Positions 1 through 14,385 of a DNA stretch of 64,000 nucleotides are shown here, piece after piece. A program made the translations under genes and the position numbers. Positions within the stretch are counted from its first letter, which is position 1. Each line of letters starts with the position of its first letter. The notes below the pieces were generated by a model. The model had not been told where the DNA came from. It made no database searches and saw only the letters and a list, made by a program, of their open reading frames with translations. The stretch is from Fimbriosthenelais zetlandica (taxonomy: Eukaryota): NCBI GenBank assembly GCA_977030845.1, contig OZ365109.1:53692001-53756000 (forward strand), written 5' to 3'.

Positions 1-3000
1 AATGATTATAATGATCAAATAAATTTGAATAGAATCACATTTTTCAATTTATGGAGGAAATTAAAGATAATTCATGAAGAATGATCGACTGAGGCAATGT
101 ATTAATATGAAGAATTTCCTCCATTTCCCTGAATATTATTCTGAAATTTACATCTTCTAGGCAAAATAGAAATGTATTTAATGTAATGCATTATTCAGCG
201 TGTACTTTTCTTATACCAACTAGCAATAGCAGTACACAGATCAGCCATCAGGGGCGTCAAATTATGCATACAAACCTCAGATACGCTGGAATGCACTTTC
301 AATGTTAATCATATTCATGAATTAGTTTAATGGAATCTCAATGGCATGTTTGTTGAAGCCGGCATGTAAACAAACTCGAGTGCAGAGGATGATTTTATGT
401 TAATGAGGGTTATCCATCATGTCACGACCTGCCTTCAGCAGCGAGGTTATCCAGAACTGGGTCAAGGTGCTTAGCAATGGGGAAAAGCAAGGTCATATAG
501 AGGAGCCATTATTGGCAGCAATGGCTGGCAATCTCTGCAGTGCAATCGATGTTAATAACCCACAAAAAAAGCTACAAAAACAGAGATTCCTGTCTAAAAA
601 CAGAAGTGAAGTTGACAGAGGTATTGGCCTGTGCCTGCCACATTTCTCCACTTTCAGATAATTCAATTCGGAGTTATGCAGCAAGGCCTTTGTTTGCTGA
701 GCCTTGCTCTTCACAACAGGAGGTTGGCAGTGTTTTTGTCTGATATCATGCGCGTTAACAATGCCCCCTTTGACAATGGGGTCGCTTGGAGAGGGTGTCT
801 GGCTTGCCCCAAGGGAATGGCCTAATTTGGGAAGCCCCGGGGGTGCTGTGATATTCCCCGTTTCCTCCCCCACTTTTCCCCCTTCCCTCGCGCGTTTCCC
901 CTGTGGTAATTTTCTGTCATCGTGATTAATATGCTAGGAGTCAGTAGGATCGGGCATGGAGAGTACACCAGGGTCAGTGAGTGCAAATGTGTTACTGCAA
1001 AAAGAAATGCACTGAAATATTAATGTTATGTGGACAGCAGAAGTGTTGTTGATTTCCTGGCTACTCAAATATTTGGTCCCCTGATATGGACATTAAGTGG
1101 ACGCACTTGTTCTGTGCACAGTGAAAAGCTTACGGTCAATTCACTTAATGTGTTGTTTGCACAAAAGAGATTTAATTGTAACCGAATCAGCCAGACCATA
1201 TTTTCAGTGGATCCTTAATATATTCGCTTCAGTGGGCATCATGAAACATATTATGAAGGGGACACGATCAGCATGCAGTATATAGTATAGTATAACCTGT
1301 TATAATACTGTAATAAGGCACATAGCGAGGCAGGGATAAGAGCAGTAAACGCCTGCCCTGTCTAAGATATTCATGTTCCTAATACCTTTAGATACACAGA
1401 TCTCATCAAAGCAGCCGCACAAATAAAAACTGAAATAAATCCACATCAGAAGACTAATTTGTATGCAATGGATGACAAAGACAACTTTAGCGGACATATA
1501 AAACCAAGAAAAAAATGTTAGTTTGTGCCTGTGAGGTACAAATTGTGCTCTGTGATTCTAGTAGGTGGATGGTATGTGACTGGCATAGAGACGGGGCTGG
1601 GTTTGCCCAGGCGCCTAATGTATCATAATCTAGTTAGCCCGTCCTATTTGTTGACCGTGTCTGGTCCTTTTCCCCCCACAGGCCTGTGTACATTTCACAC
1701 TGGCCTCGCCAAATCTCACCCAAACTTAACAGTGCTGCAACTCTCGCGATAGGAGAGAATATTGGTGACTCAACGAGTGATGGAGCAGGCTTGCATGGGT
1801 GCTTGCTAGGGTGACCCTCCAAACTCTAACCTTGGTAACCCTACTCCTAGAAAGGGAGGGGCCCCTGGACAAAAGACAAAGCAATGTGTGGGTTCTTTGC
1901 TAGATCCTTATGGGTTTCACTATCCTCAGGTTCACTACATACCAGAGTCATCATGATAGAAAGATGGCATCTTTATTATAATAAACCTGAAGATAATGAC
2001 AAATTGCTTCCTTGAGCTGAACTCCCTGAAATACTATATCCAGATCCTTGTGAAACCAAGTCTGAAATCTTATTCCATGATGTGAATAATTTATACTACG
2101 TGTATCAGCGCCTCCAACAAGGATACGGTGACACATGCCAGGCAATTCCACGAAAGACAGCATTCGATTCTTCGAACGGTCCAAGCTATCTGGATATCCG
2201 AATGCAAAACCAATTTGATAGCAACTGAATGGATTTCCAATCTTAATCCGATCCAGAGTGAAAATGTTAATTAAAGTATCAGGAGACCACCAACAAAATT
2301 CAAAGCCAGTTATTTCTGGATATCAGCGAAACAGAGAGTTAGACAATCAAGTTTTAGGACCAATACACAGGGCCAAACCTCCTCTATTGACCTGTTCATA
2401 ATTCATAATTTCAGGGCAGATCAGTGAGTATTGGAGTCCATCTGATCTGTAATTGGCCAGCAAAACCCACCAATTATTCCTCCACCAGATCCAGGCGTCT
2501 CCTGTATTTGGAGGCTTGGAGAGGGAATCAGTGGTTCAGCTTTGAACCTATCATGACCCCCATTTCATTCAGGCCCTCCCTTTCATTTCACCCTCAACCA
2601 ACCATGGAGAAACCAGCAGGGTACCCCATATTAACTACATGATACCTACCATTTAAGGCAAGAAATTGGCATAATGATATGGTATGTAAATAATGCATCT
2701 GCAGCTGAAACTGCATTAATATGTTATAAAGATTCTGTCAGAAAACTGCCTGGAACTGTCAACCAAATGGAGCCATCAGATAGTTTCAACTGAGGAGGCT
2801 AGCACATAGAAAAAGCCTCTGGGCACGCTTTACTCTACTATTTGAGAAGGTCCGGTCTCAACTCCTGCCTACATCCCGGGATATATGGCCATCTTTGATC
2901 CCTTTATATGTACCCAGGGCTACCCAGACTTCATGACCTCTCACTACTACTACCTCAGACCGCCATATATATAGGAAGGCGCCACGACAACATCATTGAC

Positions 3001-6000
3001 ATTGCTCCCAATCCAACTGCGCCATCGTGTGGCATTCCCTGTCAGCGAAGCTGCGCACGCATCCCCTGCCGGAAGCCTGTGATAACACATTACATCAACA
3101 TGGCGTGATCTCTACTGATACGGTCCACTCCTCTGAGATCCACTTTTTTCTGCCCGCTTTGAGTTTGAATTATTCTGATGTGATACCCCAGAGTATCATG
3201 GGGGATAGAGATTCAGGATGAAAAGTATTTTTGTTGCCTGATGGGAGGAAGCATTTCCATCTACTACTACCCTGATGCAGAGTATGGGTTGTTAAATACT
3301 TAACACATAAAGGCCACTGTTCTAATGGCTAGGCTACTATGATTTGATATTCATTTATATACATATTAAACAGAATTATCTAGATTTTGAAATATAAGGT
3401 ACTGAGGCTGCATGAATTAAACTTGACTGATCCATCACAATGGCAATACTTCAGTTTGGGACCATTTCTCCATCTTTCCAAGTGCGGTACTCTGATTGTA
3501 TACGTAAGATACTGACTGAATCTGAGCATGACCACTCAAATCCAGTATAAAAATGTCCAGGAAAGATAGATTCTGTAATGAAGTAGGCAGAGCCAGTATG
3601 TCACCACAGTGATTGCACACACTCCATCATTCCCAGATTTATAGATCAGCCAAAGAAGTAGCGGAATGGCTAGAATGAATATAAGGGCATTATTGATACC
3701 ACTTCTTCTCCTGGGAGAAAAGGTAATCGGGCTTCATTGAAATTATGCTGAAAAGGGCCTTTTGCCAAGCAAGGCCCTCATGCCTGGAGGCACCCATAGC
3801 GAAGATGGACCCATGCAGGCGGGCTGGCTGGCTGCGCCTGCAGGGTCTTATCCATCACGGCCGAAGCCATTCCAAGAATCCTGGCTCCCAAAGAAAACTG
3901 TACTTCCCTGAGCCTGCCTCCTTATAGCCCCCCTTCTGTGAGCAGGGCTTCCATCTTACATCCCTTATACCAGGAATACAGTCTAACCTTCTTTGCTTAA
4001 GTCAGCTTCAGAAATCTTATAACGCAAAATGCAATTTACTGCATGATTCAAGGACCTATTACCTTGCTATAACAATCCATACCAGAATTTAGTGCGGTAA
4101 ATAACAATGAAAAACCTTCTTATCAAAATATATTAACATTTATAAGTATATCTTTAGGGATGTATACCCTGCTTTTATGCTGCACACTCAAAAGAAGTAT
4201 ATAATTGTATGGAAAGCCTTTGATAACGTTTGTCTGCATGTATCCACTAAAGCCTGCTGTCTTTCCGAGAAGTCTGACCTTTTAGTTCAATAATATTCCA
4301 CCTCCTCCTGCGGTATTCCTTCCCTATCCCTCCCCCTCTTCCCATCCACTATATATATACAGGGCACCTCTACCAGCTTCACCTATACCAGCTATTCACC
4401 AGTCTCTGAGCTCTAATCACCCTAGACAGGTCCCTAACTCCCTATCTCTCTCCAGCAAGACATCCGCTGCCCTTTAACCGCGACCGTGGAGGAGCCATCG
4501 AAACGCCCCCTCCTACAACTACACTCTATAAGGGCGGAAGCTTATTTATATACAAGCAACAGCTTCCGGGGGATATAAGGGGGGAAATCTGCCATCCTGG
4601 AAGGGGCAAAGGGTGATGGGGAGTAGGACATGGTGGGTTAAAGGTAGGATCAGTGTCCCACAGGAATAGGACAGCGGAAAGACATGTTTAGTTTAGCATA
4701 ACACTATGCAGGATCCTTATCAGAGGATCCTTGTCAAAGAGCTCTTATCCTAGATGAAATGACTGAACATTTTAGACAAATATAAGAATATTTTCATGAT
4801 GTCCTCAAGCATATTATAGAGTTAAGCTGATGGAAGTCCGAAATCATCTCTTAGTTTTTATTTTTCAATTTTGATTTAAACCAGAAAGGTATTTGTCCTG
4901 GAATGGCTTCATGAACTTCTCTAATAATTGTTAAAGGAGTATTGTACGTCACGTTATTTAACCGTAAAGTATGGTTCGACAACTCCTTATCTCCATTCTC
5001 TTCATATCCTTTAAATCACTTATTCTGGGCAGGGAGAGAAGGCCCAAGTTCCCTTCAATGGAAGAAGCTGAAAGCACATTTAACTCTTCTGGCTGAATTC
5101 CTCTGGTTTAATGCCCCTGTCTATAAATAGCTGAAGGGCAGTTGGACGTCCGAGGAGCTAGTTTTTTATTTAGTTGTCTGGGGGCTCAGATGGGTGGGGT
5201 CTGAAATCTATACCTTTCAGCTGGGCAGCCTGTCAGGTAAGGTATGGAGGGGCATCTTTTCACAACCAGTCTAGAAGAAATATGCCTGGTGGAGCAAATG
5301 CCAGCAAGTAAATGACCAGGCCTGTTTTCTATTGATAAGAAAGCCACTCTATTGTAGGGCGTCCTATAGACACGGTAATAAGCAATCTGAGTTGAAAGTG
5401 AAATCTTTAAGGTTTCGCAAAGGCATTTTCAGCCATTTTAAATGTAATTACGTTAGAATGATTGAAAAGAGTATCTACATAGAGCGCAGAAAGGTGTTTA
5501 AATTTATAACATGGTAAATTGCATCAATAATAATATTATGATATTGAAAGTGAAATCTTAAACCTTTTGGAAAGTTGCTTACTACGAAAGCTAATACTTA
5601 TGGTAGCCCAAGTTGCTTCAGATATGGTGTCGAAGAAAATAGAGCTAATCGTTAACGCCCATGTACACTATGATTTCCGCTTGAAAAAAAGCATCATATT
5701 GCACTGAGAGCGACCCCTGATAAATGGTGTCACTGTGATGGCAAACAGAAATGGTTGCCATGGTGATATCGCAGTGACAGGAGATGATAATGAATGTTTA
5801 ATTAAGGCCAGGCCATCACAAGAGGTATGGCAGGCGAGCAATAGCTCCCCGAAAGTTATTAGGGTCATGGTCATAATTATTTAGATGTATGTGGGAAGAT
5901 AGAGACAGAAGGAGGTTAGGTGAAACTATTATTGGGGAAAGAACAGGTGGGATGTATATGCCTCTACTGCAAGACAAGAGTGTAGGGGAGAATGTAATGT

Positions 6001-6302
6001 AATATGAACCAATAAATAGAATATGTTCAGTAAATATCACACATACAGGCCACCCTATTTAGATGTAGGTGAATGTAAGAGTTGTCAGTTACATGTGACA
6101 GTGCACAGAACCATTACTGTCCCCTGACAGCCTTATTAGCCCTGAGAACCTCGCGTGCGAGTCCACAGTTTTGAGAGCAACTCGTGAGGTAGCTACATCA
6201 TAACGACTCACAAGCAGGCAATCTAACCATGCCATACTGTGATAAGGTAGCAGCCCAGTGTGACAGTCCCCCTCTAACAATTATAGGCATATCATGAATT
6301 TG

Positions 6303-6327
6303 TCATACCTAGCGGTGATAAAAACAG
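6303..6327 (-). other. Weaker candidate recursive splice site
   Basis: Minus strand reads ctgtttttatcaccgctag|gtatga; the regenerated donor is suboptimal. Confidence 0.3.
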
Positions 6328-7881
6328 TCCGTTGGGACCCATGTTCCCATTGGTTTCACTGTGTGTCATTCAATCCAATGAACATCTCACATTACAAGCC
6401 GTTACCGTGTACGTTACGATAGCAGACGGTGTCCCATCCATCAATCTACATGCTTTCGTTCATTATTAGTTTTTTCAAAAATAAAACTCGGGACTTTAAA
6501 AAAACAACTCTTTTTTTGAAGTTGTAATGTGATCTGCTTCAACAGACATTATTTTCACATCCACGGCTACCATGGACATACCCACATTAGCAGAGTAAGC
6601 ATTTTTAGTATTGGATTTATTGTTTTCTGAGTAAACGGGAGGCATCGGGTTATTACTAAGGATTGGATGTATAGTCCATTAGTATACATACTCAGGTCAC
6701 AAGGCAAGATAATATCAGTATTACAGCCAATACATAGCCTGAAGATAATACCCACTTCTACACACAACTCACAGGTCGGCCTGTAATAGACACTTACACT
6801 GTCACATTGGGTATCAGGTTACAATAAAAGATACTCCCACACAACAAGAACATATGCCATGTATAACTATATGATGTATGGTACGAACATCCTATTCTGT
6901 TCAAGGCTTTGTCTCTTTGAAAGAAATGTTTTGGAGATTTATACTGCAATCTTTCGTTTCTATTCATGGATCTCTAAATTGAATGCTGAATATTAGAGAC
7001 ATAAGTTGCATTATTCACATTAAACTACAGGCAGGCCTATGTGTACATTTTACTCTAGTTCCAATCCTTAGAAGGGTAAATGTAAGGTTAAATATACGTA
7101 CATTAATGACTGACTGAGGCATAATTTCCTGCCTAGAGAAAGATATGCAAGGGGGAGCTAATGCCGCAATAGATATAGACTGGTGTGTTGTCTGGACAAT
7201 GGTCAGAGTGCAGTAATAGTGATCTCTGATCCAGACAATACTTTCTGTCATATAGCTCTAGACAGGATGTGTCCAGTCAGCAAACACCGACCACCGGAAT
7301 ACCAAAGGCCCCTTCCGTATAATTGACTGCCAACAACTTTTCTGCTTAGAGGACTTGCTTGCTAGCAATTGCAGCAATTCTTCCATGCAGTCTATGAAAG
7401 GATTAGACTCAAGTCAATTTGAATGGAAGTTCATTTACAACTACTATTTGTAGCAAACTTATGATTAATTAATCCGATGAAATGGTCAGTTTGTAACAGT
7501 CAAATTAAATCTGAGAGGAGTGTCATTTGCACGCCAATTGGAATTCATAACTATGCAATTACATATAGATAATCAATATAGTGCCCACAGTACATATGCT
7601 TCATACTGCATATCTTGTAACAAGCATTATCTATATACCATATACCTTGGCTCAATACCCTGGTGGTACACATAAGGGATTAAAGCTAAGACTGCTCCCG
7701 CATGGTGTGGGGGTATGGTGGTAATTTGTATGTTAATTGTCTGGGTATTAATTGCTAAATTATGCATTGATTCAGTGCAGGCCTGCAGGCTAGGCGAGGG
7801 CTGGCTCACATTAATACGCAAAGGGTCATTTAGTGGGGGCTATATATACAGACTGCGCTCAGCATTCAAGGTTGATGCTAT

Positions 7882-7913
7882 AGCATAGATACAGCATAGA
7901 TACAGCATAGATA
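7882..7913. repeat. 11-bp tandem repeat (agcatagatac) x3
   Basis: Direct reading. Confidence 0.9.
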
Positions 7914-8066
7914 TATTCATGGTAAACTAATGGCATACATAGGCCTTATATCTATCATTTCTGATTCAGCAAAGAAGCTTCTGGTAATGGTAGAATTCCC
8001 ACGAAAAGGTCTATATTTTTCGAACATACAACCCTATTATTGGAAGGACATATTTCAGTCAGATTT

Positions 8067-8170
8067 CGTACCAAACCATCTATTTTTTATTTAGGTGCAG
8101 TCCCCTTTCCGGCTGAATCCGTACCAATTCTCTATTTCGTATTTGGGTGCAGTCCATTTCCCCACTGAAC
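8067..8170. repeat. Imperfect 53-bp tandem duplication
   Basis: cgtaccaa...tctattt...tattt[a/g]ggtgcagtcc...ctgaa at 8067 and 8120. Confidence 0.75.
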
Positions 8171-9398
8171 CTTCTGACCTTCATGTATTAAGCATGAAAG
8201 CAGACACTATAGCTGAGAATGGATGCCTTCGCAGTGGCTTGTAATGGACCACAAATGTTTCACCTTGGTAGATACAAACTGCTTACGGTCATATTTGAGG
8301 TGACACAAGAGCGTTTCTACTGCAAGATACTGGCCAATGATCATGTAAACTTGATGATACCATCTGAAGAACTAAAAATGTATTTTGAGTGCAAGCAAGA
8401 ACAATTAGGGAAACTAAATCTCATCAGTATGTACTTCAGATACAGATCAATTTGTCAGTGATTTTTTACATCGGTAAACTCCCATGCACGCTTTTAAAAC
8501 TAAATGTATTTATTTTTCCATATTGTCTTGAGCGTTAGAGCGGTGTACAGTTTTACATACAAGGATATGATCAATGATATGGACCACCACATCTGGAACC
8601 TCCAGGCCTGCAACTATCACCAAACCCTGAAATCAATCATCCAAACGCCCCACTTGTAGAGGCCTGCCTGCAGGCCCTTTGAAGTCAAGCTCCTTTTATC
8701 AGAGGAAAGCAAATTTCCCAGCACCCTGACACACATTAGGGAAGTATTATTTCCCCACAAGGTGCTAGCCCCTTTAGAGGCATTCTCTGGAGGGTGTCAG
8801 GGTGTGGGAGGCCTCGCGGCTCCCGGCATTAGGAGCAGTTCATCATCCATATGGCCTTGTTCCCAAGCTCCAGGGTCAATATTATGCAGGTAATTCATTT
8901 GAAGGACAGAACCCGGGTTCAGTGATCTACGATCTGAACCCATAAAACACAGGGAACCTTAGTTAAGTTAGCCCTAGAACCAAGGTCAGATGGGCACATC
9001 AAATATAAAGGGCCACCAAGGGGGTACTTTTCAAAGGTGTTGGTTTAATTATTCAACAATGGAATTCATAGCAGCACGGTTATTGATTGATCTCCCACGT
9101 GAGCATGAGAAGAAATGCCCAATTCATTATTCAGATGATGAGTAATAAAAAAATATCTCGTCAGTTTAGAATTCCAGCAGGTTTACTGCAAAGGCGAGTG
9201 TTATCGATTCAATACATTCACAGTTTATATATTCAATATATAGGTCATATTTACTGGACCGTAACTGAAATGCATAATGTAACTGTAATGCATAATGCAC
9301 AATTCCAGCTCCACAGGGAGTGGGTCAGGGAATACAAGATACAAACAAACTGAGACAACAAAAAGATGAGACATCAGGAAGAATCCTGCGGTCCTTAC

Positions 9399-10493
9399 CT
9401 GAGAAAGAGGTTGGAGAGTTGGGGGACCTCGACCATTTCCATTACTTGATTTTCCATTCTCCGATTTGCTTTGGCTGGAGGATATTGAAGCACCACTTCC
9501 GCTGGATCCCTGAGATTCCTGAGCCTGCTGTGCATGTGACTGAGCCTGTTTGGCACTTTTCGCAGCACGAACCTGCTGTGCAGAAGCATAAGTGGTGTTC
9601 GCCAAAGCAGTACGAGCTTGTTGCATGGTAACGTAATTTTCATTTTTGGTGGTGCCAGACGTGGAAGAGGCTGCAGAAGCTGCAGCTTTTGCTTCTTTAG
9701 CTGTAGCGTAAGTGTCAGGTTGCTGTGCGGGAAGCGGTTGCTGGACAGTTGAATACAACGGTTCACTCCCATATCCAGAACGTGCTTGCTGCACAGTAGC
9801 ATAATGATCCTGAGCCTTCCTTATCTTTACAGTCCCGTAGTCACTGTCCTTAGAGGATCTGGAATCCTGAACGGTTGCATACGTAGGATTGGCCAATGAT
9901 GACTTCACATCTTTGACACTGGCATAAGTGCTCACTGACATTGCCTCATTGACAGTTGCATACGTACCAACCCCCTGGGATCCCCTAGCCTCTTGAACTG
10001 TGCCATAAGTTCCACTTCCACGGACCTGTTGCACGCTGGCGTAGGTCCCGCTGGCGGCCTGCTGCTGTGCCCTGCGAACCTCTTGCATGGTGGCATAATT
10101 GCTGTCAGCTTGGCTACTCCGGCCCTGAGACACTGGCACCTGATTAGCTCCAGGTGATCGACCATCTCTGGACTGGCTAGCTCGAGCTTGTCTTTGATGC
10201 TGATGGGTGTCATGCCGTCCACATGTACATTCTGGAGGGATGGCTGGAAGGACTCTAACCTTCTGCATTTGTAAAGTAACGTCAGGCGGTGGCTCTGAGT
10301 GAACGCGTTGACGGCCCTCCCGTTCAATCTGCATCTGGGCCATCTGCTGTGCAGTAGGCTGCTGTCCTTTACTCTTGCTACTACTCTTATCTCCCTTCTT
10401 GCCATCTTTCTTTTGTTCCTTTTTGCCATCTTTCCCTTTATCTTTGGTCTTTCCTTCCTTCTCTTTCTTATCTTTTGACTTCTTAAGCGGCAT
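9399..10493 (-). CDS. Large coding exon (365 codons from ATG, MPLKKSK...PLSQ|): Lys-rich N-terminus followed by a tandem tyrosine-motif array; candidate alternative first or cassette exon
   Basis: Part of the 422-aa ORF 9225-10493, with Kozak gcaccATG and elevated GC. Donor CAG|GTAAGG at 9399 is phase 0. An upstream acceptor (gtgtcttctaag| at 10550) opens the same frame in phase 1 immediately after an in-frame stop. Confidence 0.8.
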
Positions 10494-13400
10494 GGTGCTT
10501 GTGCTGGTGCGGGTGGATTCCTCTGGGGTTCCACAAAGAGTATGAGTGCCTTAGAAGACACATGTAATCAAGGATTACTTCAAATGAATCAGTGGCATGT
10601 ATGCTACACTATAGGGTTCCCTCTTTAGTTAATCATAAGGCTCTGATAAATCCCTAGAATATTCAGCAGTATTCCTTTTAGAGGTAGTACGTAATGATCT
10701 CTTCAAGGCAATTATTCCAAAAGTTAGGCAGAATAATCTCATTGATAATACCAAAAGACTCACATATTCATGAAATTGCCCGACACGTGGCTGTAGCAGT
10801 TTTATATGATTTCGTATTACCAGTCCTTCAAGCTATGAATAAGTCCACAGAGGCCTTTCTAGTAGAGGCTTGGGCATGTGTTTAATAAGCATAAGGGGTC
10901 TGTATATTGTCTTGCTTGCCTCCAGGGTATATGGCACCAACATAGAGCAATGCTTTCATCCCTCCTGGTTGGCAACAATCACCAAAGGCACCCGAGTATA
11001 GTACAACCTGCAAACCTCCTTGTATTGAGTACTTAACCCCGGTTGTAGAAGCAATATTTGGCTTTAATCCAGCCTTTGTATGATCAATGCTTTACACCCT
11101 ACGAACACCCGGTGTCCATTCAAGCAGCAACCGGTGATGAAATCCAGAAGCCATATACAACTGGCTTTATTATACGGTCAAACACTAGGAGATTGTATGG
11201 AACAATATTTGGCAGAATGAGTCAGGCTGTAACCTGGGATTAGAGCAGAAATGTCTGTGGTTTGTGGCCAGTATGAAGGGCCAACCACAGGTTTTATACA
11301 CAGTGAGCTTTTCTTATAAATATAGCCTGCTGGGCAGCTCTCAGATAACAGTCGTGAGTTGGGACTTTTTCTGCTCCTTTAGACCTTCGTGACATGGCAT
11401 GGTAAGGTGCCTAATGGGATGAAGGGGTTGGGAGAGGCGGGAGTCAATATCAAGGTGATAGCTGGTAAGATTGAGACGGGGCTAACAGTGGTAGGGAGCC
11501 AGAACCATTACTTGATACTGAATCAATACCAGATACACTTAGATCACCCCGAGATGTCCTCCAAGCACACAACCTTCAACTACAAGTCAAGAATGCCATA
11601 CAATATCGACCCATTATGTCTAGAGATTATATGTGTAGTGATTTTTCACAGTAGTTCCTCCAGACAGTGTCTTTTCAGTGAGTAACTCCCCCAGTCTTTT
11701 TAGGCGTAAAGAGCCCAGTAAGAGAAGCTAGTAGTGTGAGTTAGTGTAGGGCATTGAGAGGAGCTAAGGGAGGGAGGGCCATAATAGCATTATGCCAGCA
11801 TGAATACAACACAGTGTGATCGATCCACAGTCCCTTTCATCAACTCAAAGGTCCCCTCCTTCGCTATTTTCCTTCTCGGCAGTCTCTATAAGGGTATGTC
11901 TATCATGCTAGTGGCAGGCAGTTTGCCAGTCATAATTGATGGAAGTAAAATGGCAGTTTTCGGCACTTGAAGGTGGAAGTCAGTGAGCGTTTCTGGCTTC
12001 CATAAACAAGTGTTGTCTGAAATTATTAGCTCAGGAAATGATGGAGGGATGGTTCTGGTTGATATAAATGAATCTGCAGCCCACACGGGTAATGGGTTCA
12101 ATGAAAGATGCAGCTTGTGTCAATACTGATTTATCGCAGATACAATGAGATCATTCATAGATGCAAACACAGCTGTATTGCCATGAAATCCATTATCACT
12201 CGATGTGATCCGGTTATAACATTTGTCTGTATTAATCCCAATATAACCTACGGGCATCCTATACGTTGGGTACTATCCGAGACTTTCTATATAGTTATCC
12301 AATATCCTGCATACAACTTAGGTGATTATCTCTTATTGTCCATTCAATCAATCATATTGCCTGTGTGCCTCAGGCCTGGGACATGAAGTCAGGAGTGTGA
12401 CAAGTTTCAGCCATCTCCTCATAGTCCACTACATAAACACTCAATCCCAGCATAAAATCGGCTGCGGGATAATGCCCGTTAAGAGCTGTACGCTGGTCTG
12501 ACCATTGTATTCCTTCTTTCTTGCCATCGAGTGATCAGCCGCTTGATGGAGGGCTGTCAGAACTGCAGTTGGAAGCTGTAGAAGAGGAGGGGGAGGAGAT
12601 GGGGCAAGCCTTTGGCAGCTGGTCTGTGGTATTGGAAGGCATCACCAGCATCCGAGCAGCACACAGAGAGAGAGGGAGATGTTGGCCTAAATCTGAGCAG
12701 AAGCTCAGGCAGAGTAACACAAGAATCCAGTTACAGGGGACACTTCATATTTCACATCTTATATCGACCCAACAGTTCTTTTTTCTTTTCTTAGCAAGCT
12801 GTGAAATTGGTACGCTTTATAGGCTTAAACTTAGTAGTGCAGAGACTAATAAAATTCCATATACTTGTTTAATTTTGTTTCCTGATAGAAAATATATTTA
12901 GTGCTTCAGAAATCATTGCACTAATGTAATGCAATTAAAAGGAATAACGGTTGCATAAATGGAAACCAGAGTTTTGTGTCAAGCAAAATAATGACATCAG
13001 AATGGATGATGTTAAAAATGCTTTTTCAGGTCACATATTGTTGATTCGCGAATATCCCCAAAAGCAGTGGATGATCCGAGCACATTGTCATAATTCTCTA
13101 TGGCTCATAGCTCCATGGTATTGAGTGAGTGAATGGATGTGTGAGTGGCACTAAGGATAATGTGGCATGAGCCACATCCAGGGTTGTAACAAGAACACTT
13201 GTCCAATATTTACAAACCAACCAACCAGTCCTACTCCGACTATTGCTCGCTGTTGTTTAGACACCGTCCCGTCAAAAGATATCCAGGCAAGCGTAGCAAG
13301 TCTGCGACATCAGCAATTGCCATGCACGGTGCTAGGCTAATAAGTGCATTGTGGACGCCATTATGAACTTTTGCCTTACATATAATTATGAGCATGAATA

Positions 13401-13960
13401 TCTCGTGAATCTATCAAGTGGTGCGGCTTATTTTATGTCAGGCTACGGTAACAGCTGGCAGTAACATGTATATTAAATCTCCAGTTTGAGAAGTGAATGG
13501 GAGTACTTGCTTATACAGGTCGTAATGACTATTGTCCTCTGTGATGCTTATATAGCCAGTGTCCTGCAGGGTTTGTATGGATGGGTAGGTAGGTGGACCA
13601 TGCAAGTGTGGATGCCGTATAGCAGCTGTGGGCTACTATCCTACTATACACCCTGTGACATTCCTTCCCTCTCTACATGGGCGTTGAATAAAACCAATAT
13701 ATTGAGGATACAACTAACACATTCCAGTCTATACGCAAACTGTCTCAATGGTTCTGATGGATTGAACACGTCCTGTGGTATGGCATTAGGTTATCCAGAT
13801 GGGGAAGTAAGAGGTGGGTGGATACAGGATGAAAGTGGTTATAATCCTTTGCGTTGAGGGTAGCAGGTTGTTATCGTAAGAGATGGACACTGCTGCCATT
13901 AGAAATGCTGTCAGTGCTGGTCCAACGGAGCGTACGATGTGCAGCTGACGCCTATGAAGT

Positions 13961-13990
13961 GGAGGTGGAGGAAGAGGAGGAGGAGAAGGA
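13961..13990. repeat. Degenerate (GGA)n repeat
   Basis: Direct reading. Confidence 0.8.
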
Positions 13991-14354
13991 GTGGGATGGA
14001 AGGGCCTGCAGCTTCTGGCACGGCTCTACAATTGCATACCACACTCCCCTACAGCACAGCGCTTCCCCACACCCACCACTGCTGCAGCTAGCCTTCTTCT
14101 ATGTAAATATACATCCCGTGCCGCGAATATTCTTCTAATCCTCTCCTCTATAGTGAATGACCGAGGGATTATCTTTCAGTAGGGGAGATTACAGCGGGGT
14201 GTCTAATCCATGTTAGTGAGTAGGATTCCTTGTGTCACATTTTCCCCCGTGCTTCCAGCTTCCCCGCGCATCCCCCTCTGTGGGTAGCAGTAGTGTATTG
14301 CCTCCAGTTTGGTCAGCAAGGACGAGGAGCCCCTGTGTTAATGGTTGCAGCAGT

Positions 14355-14385
14355 GGAGGAGGAGGAGGAGGAGGAGGTGGAGGAG
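14355..14385. repeat. (GGA)n trinucleotide repeat
   Basis: About 10 units with one interruption. Confidence 0.95.

Noticed and set aside
2947-2957. 11-nt match to the let-7 5' end (tgaggtagtag on the minus strand)
   Set aside because: The rest of mature let-7 and a precursor hairpin are absent; it lies in a short (CTA)n run.
7260-8370. Minus-strand exon candidates WYHQVYMIIGQYLAVETLLCHLKYD (about 8284-8370) and CMEELLQLLASK (about 7290-7400) as continuation of the tyrosine exon
   Set aside because: The first needs a phase-2 entry while the upstream donor is phase 0, and neither resembles the expected family core.
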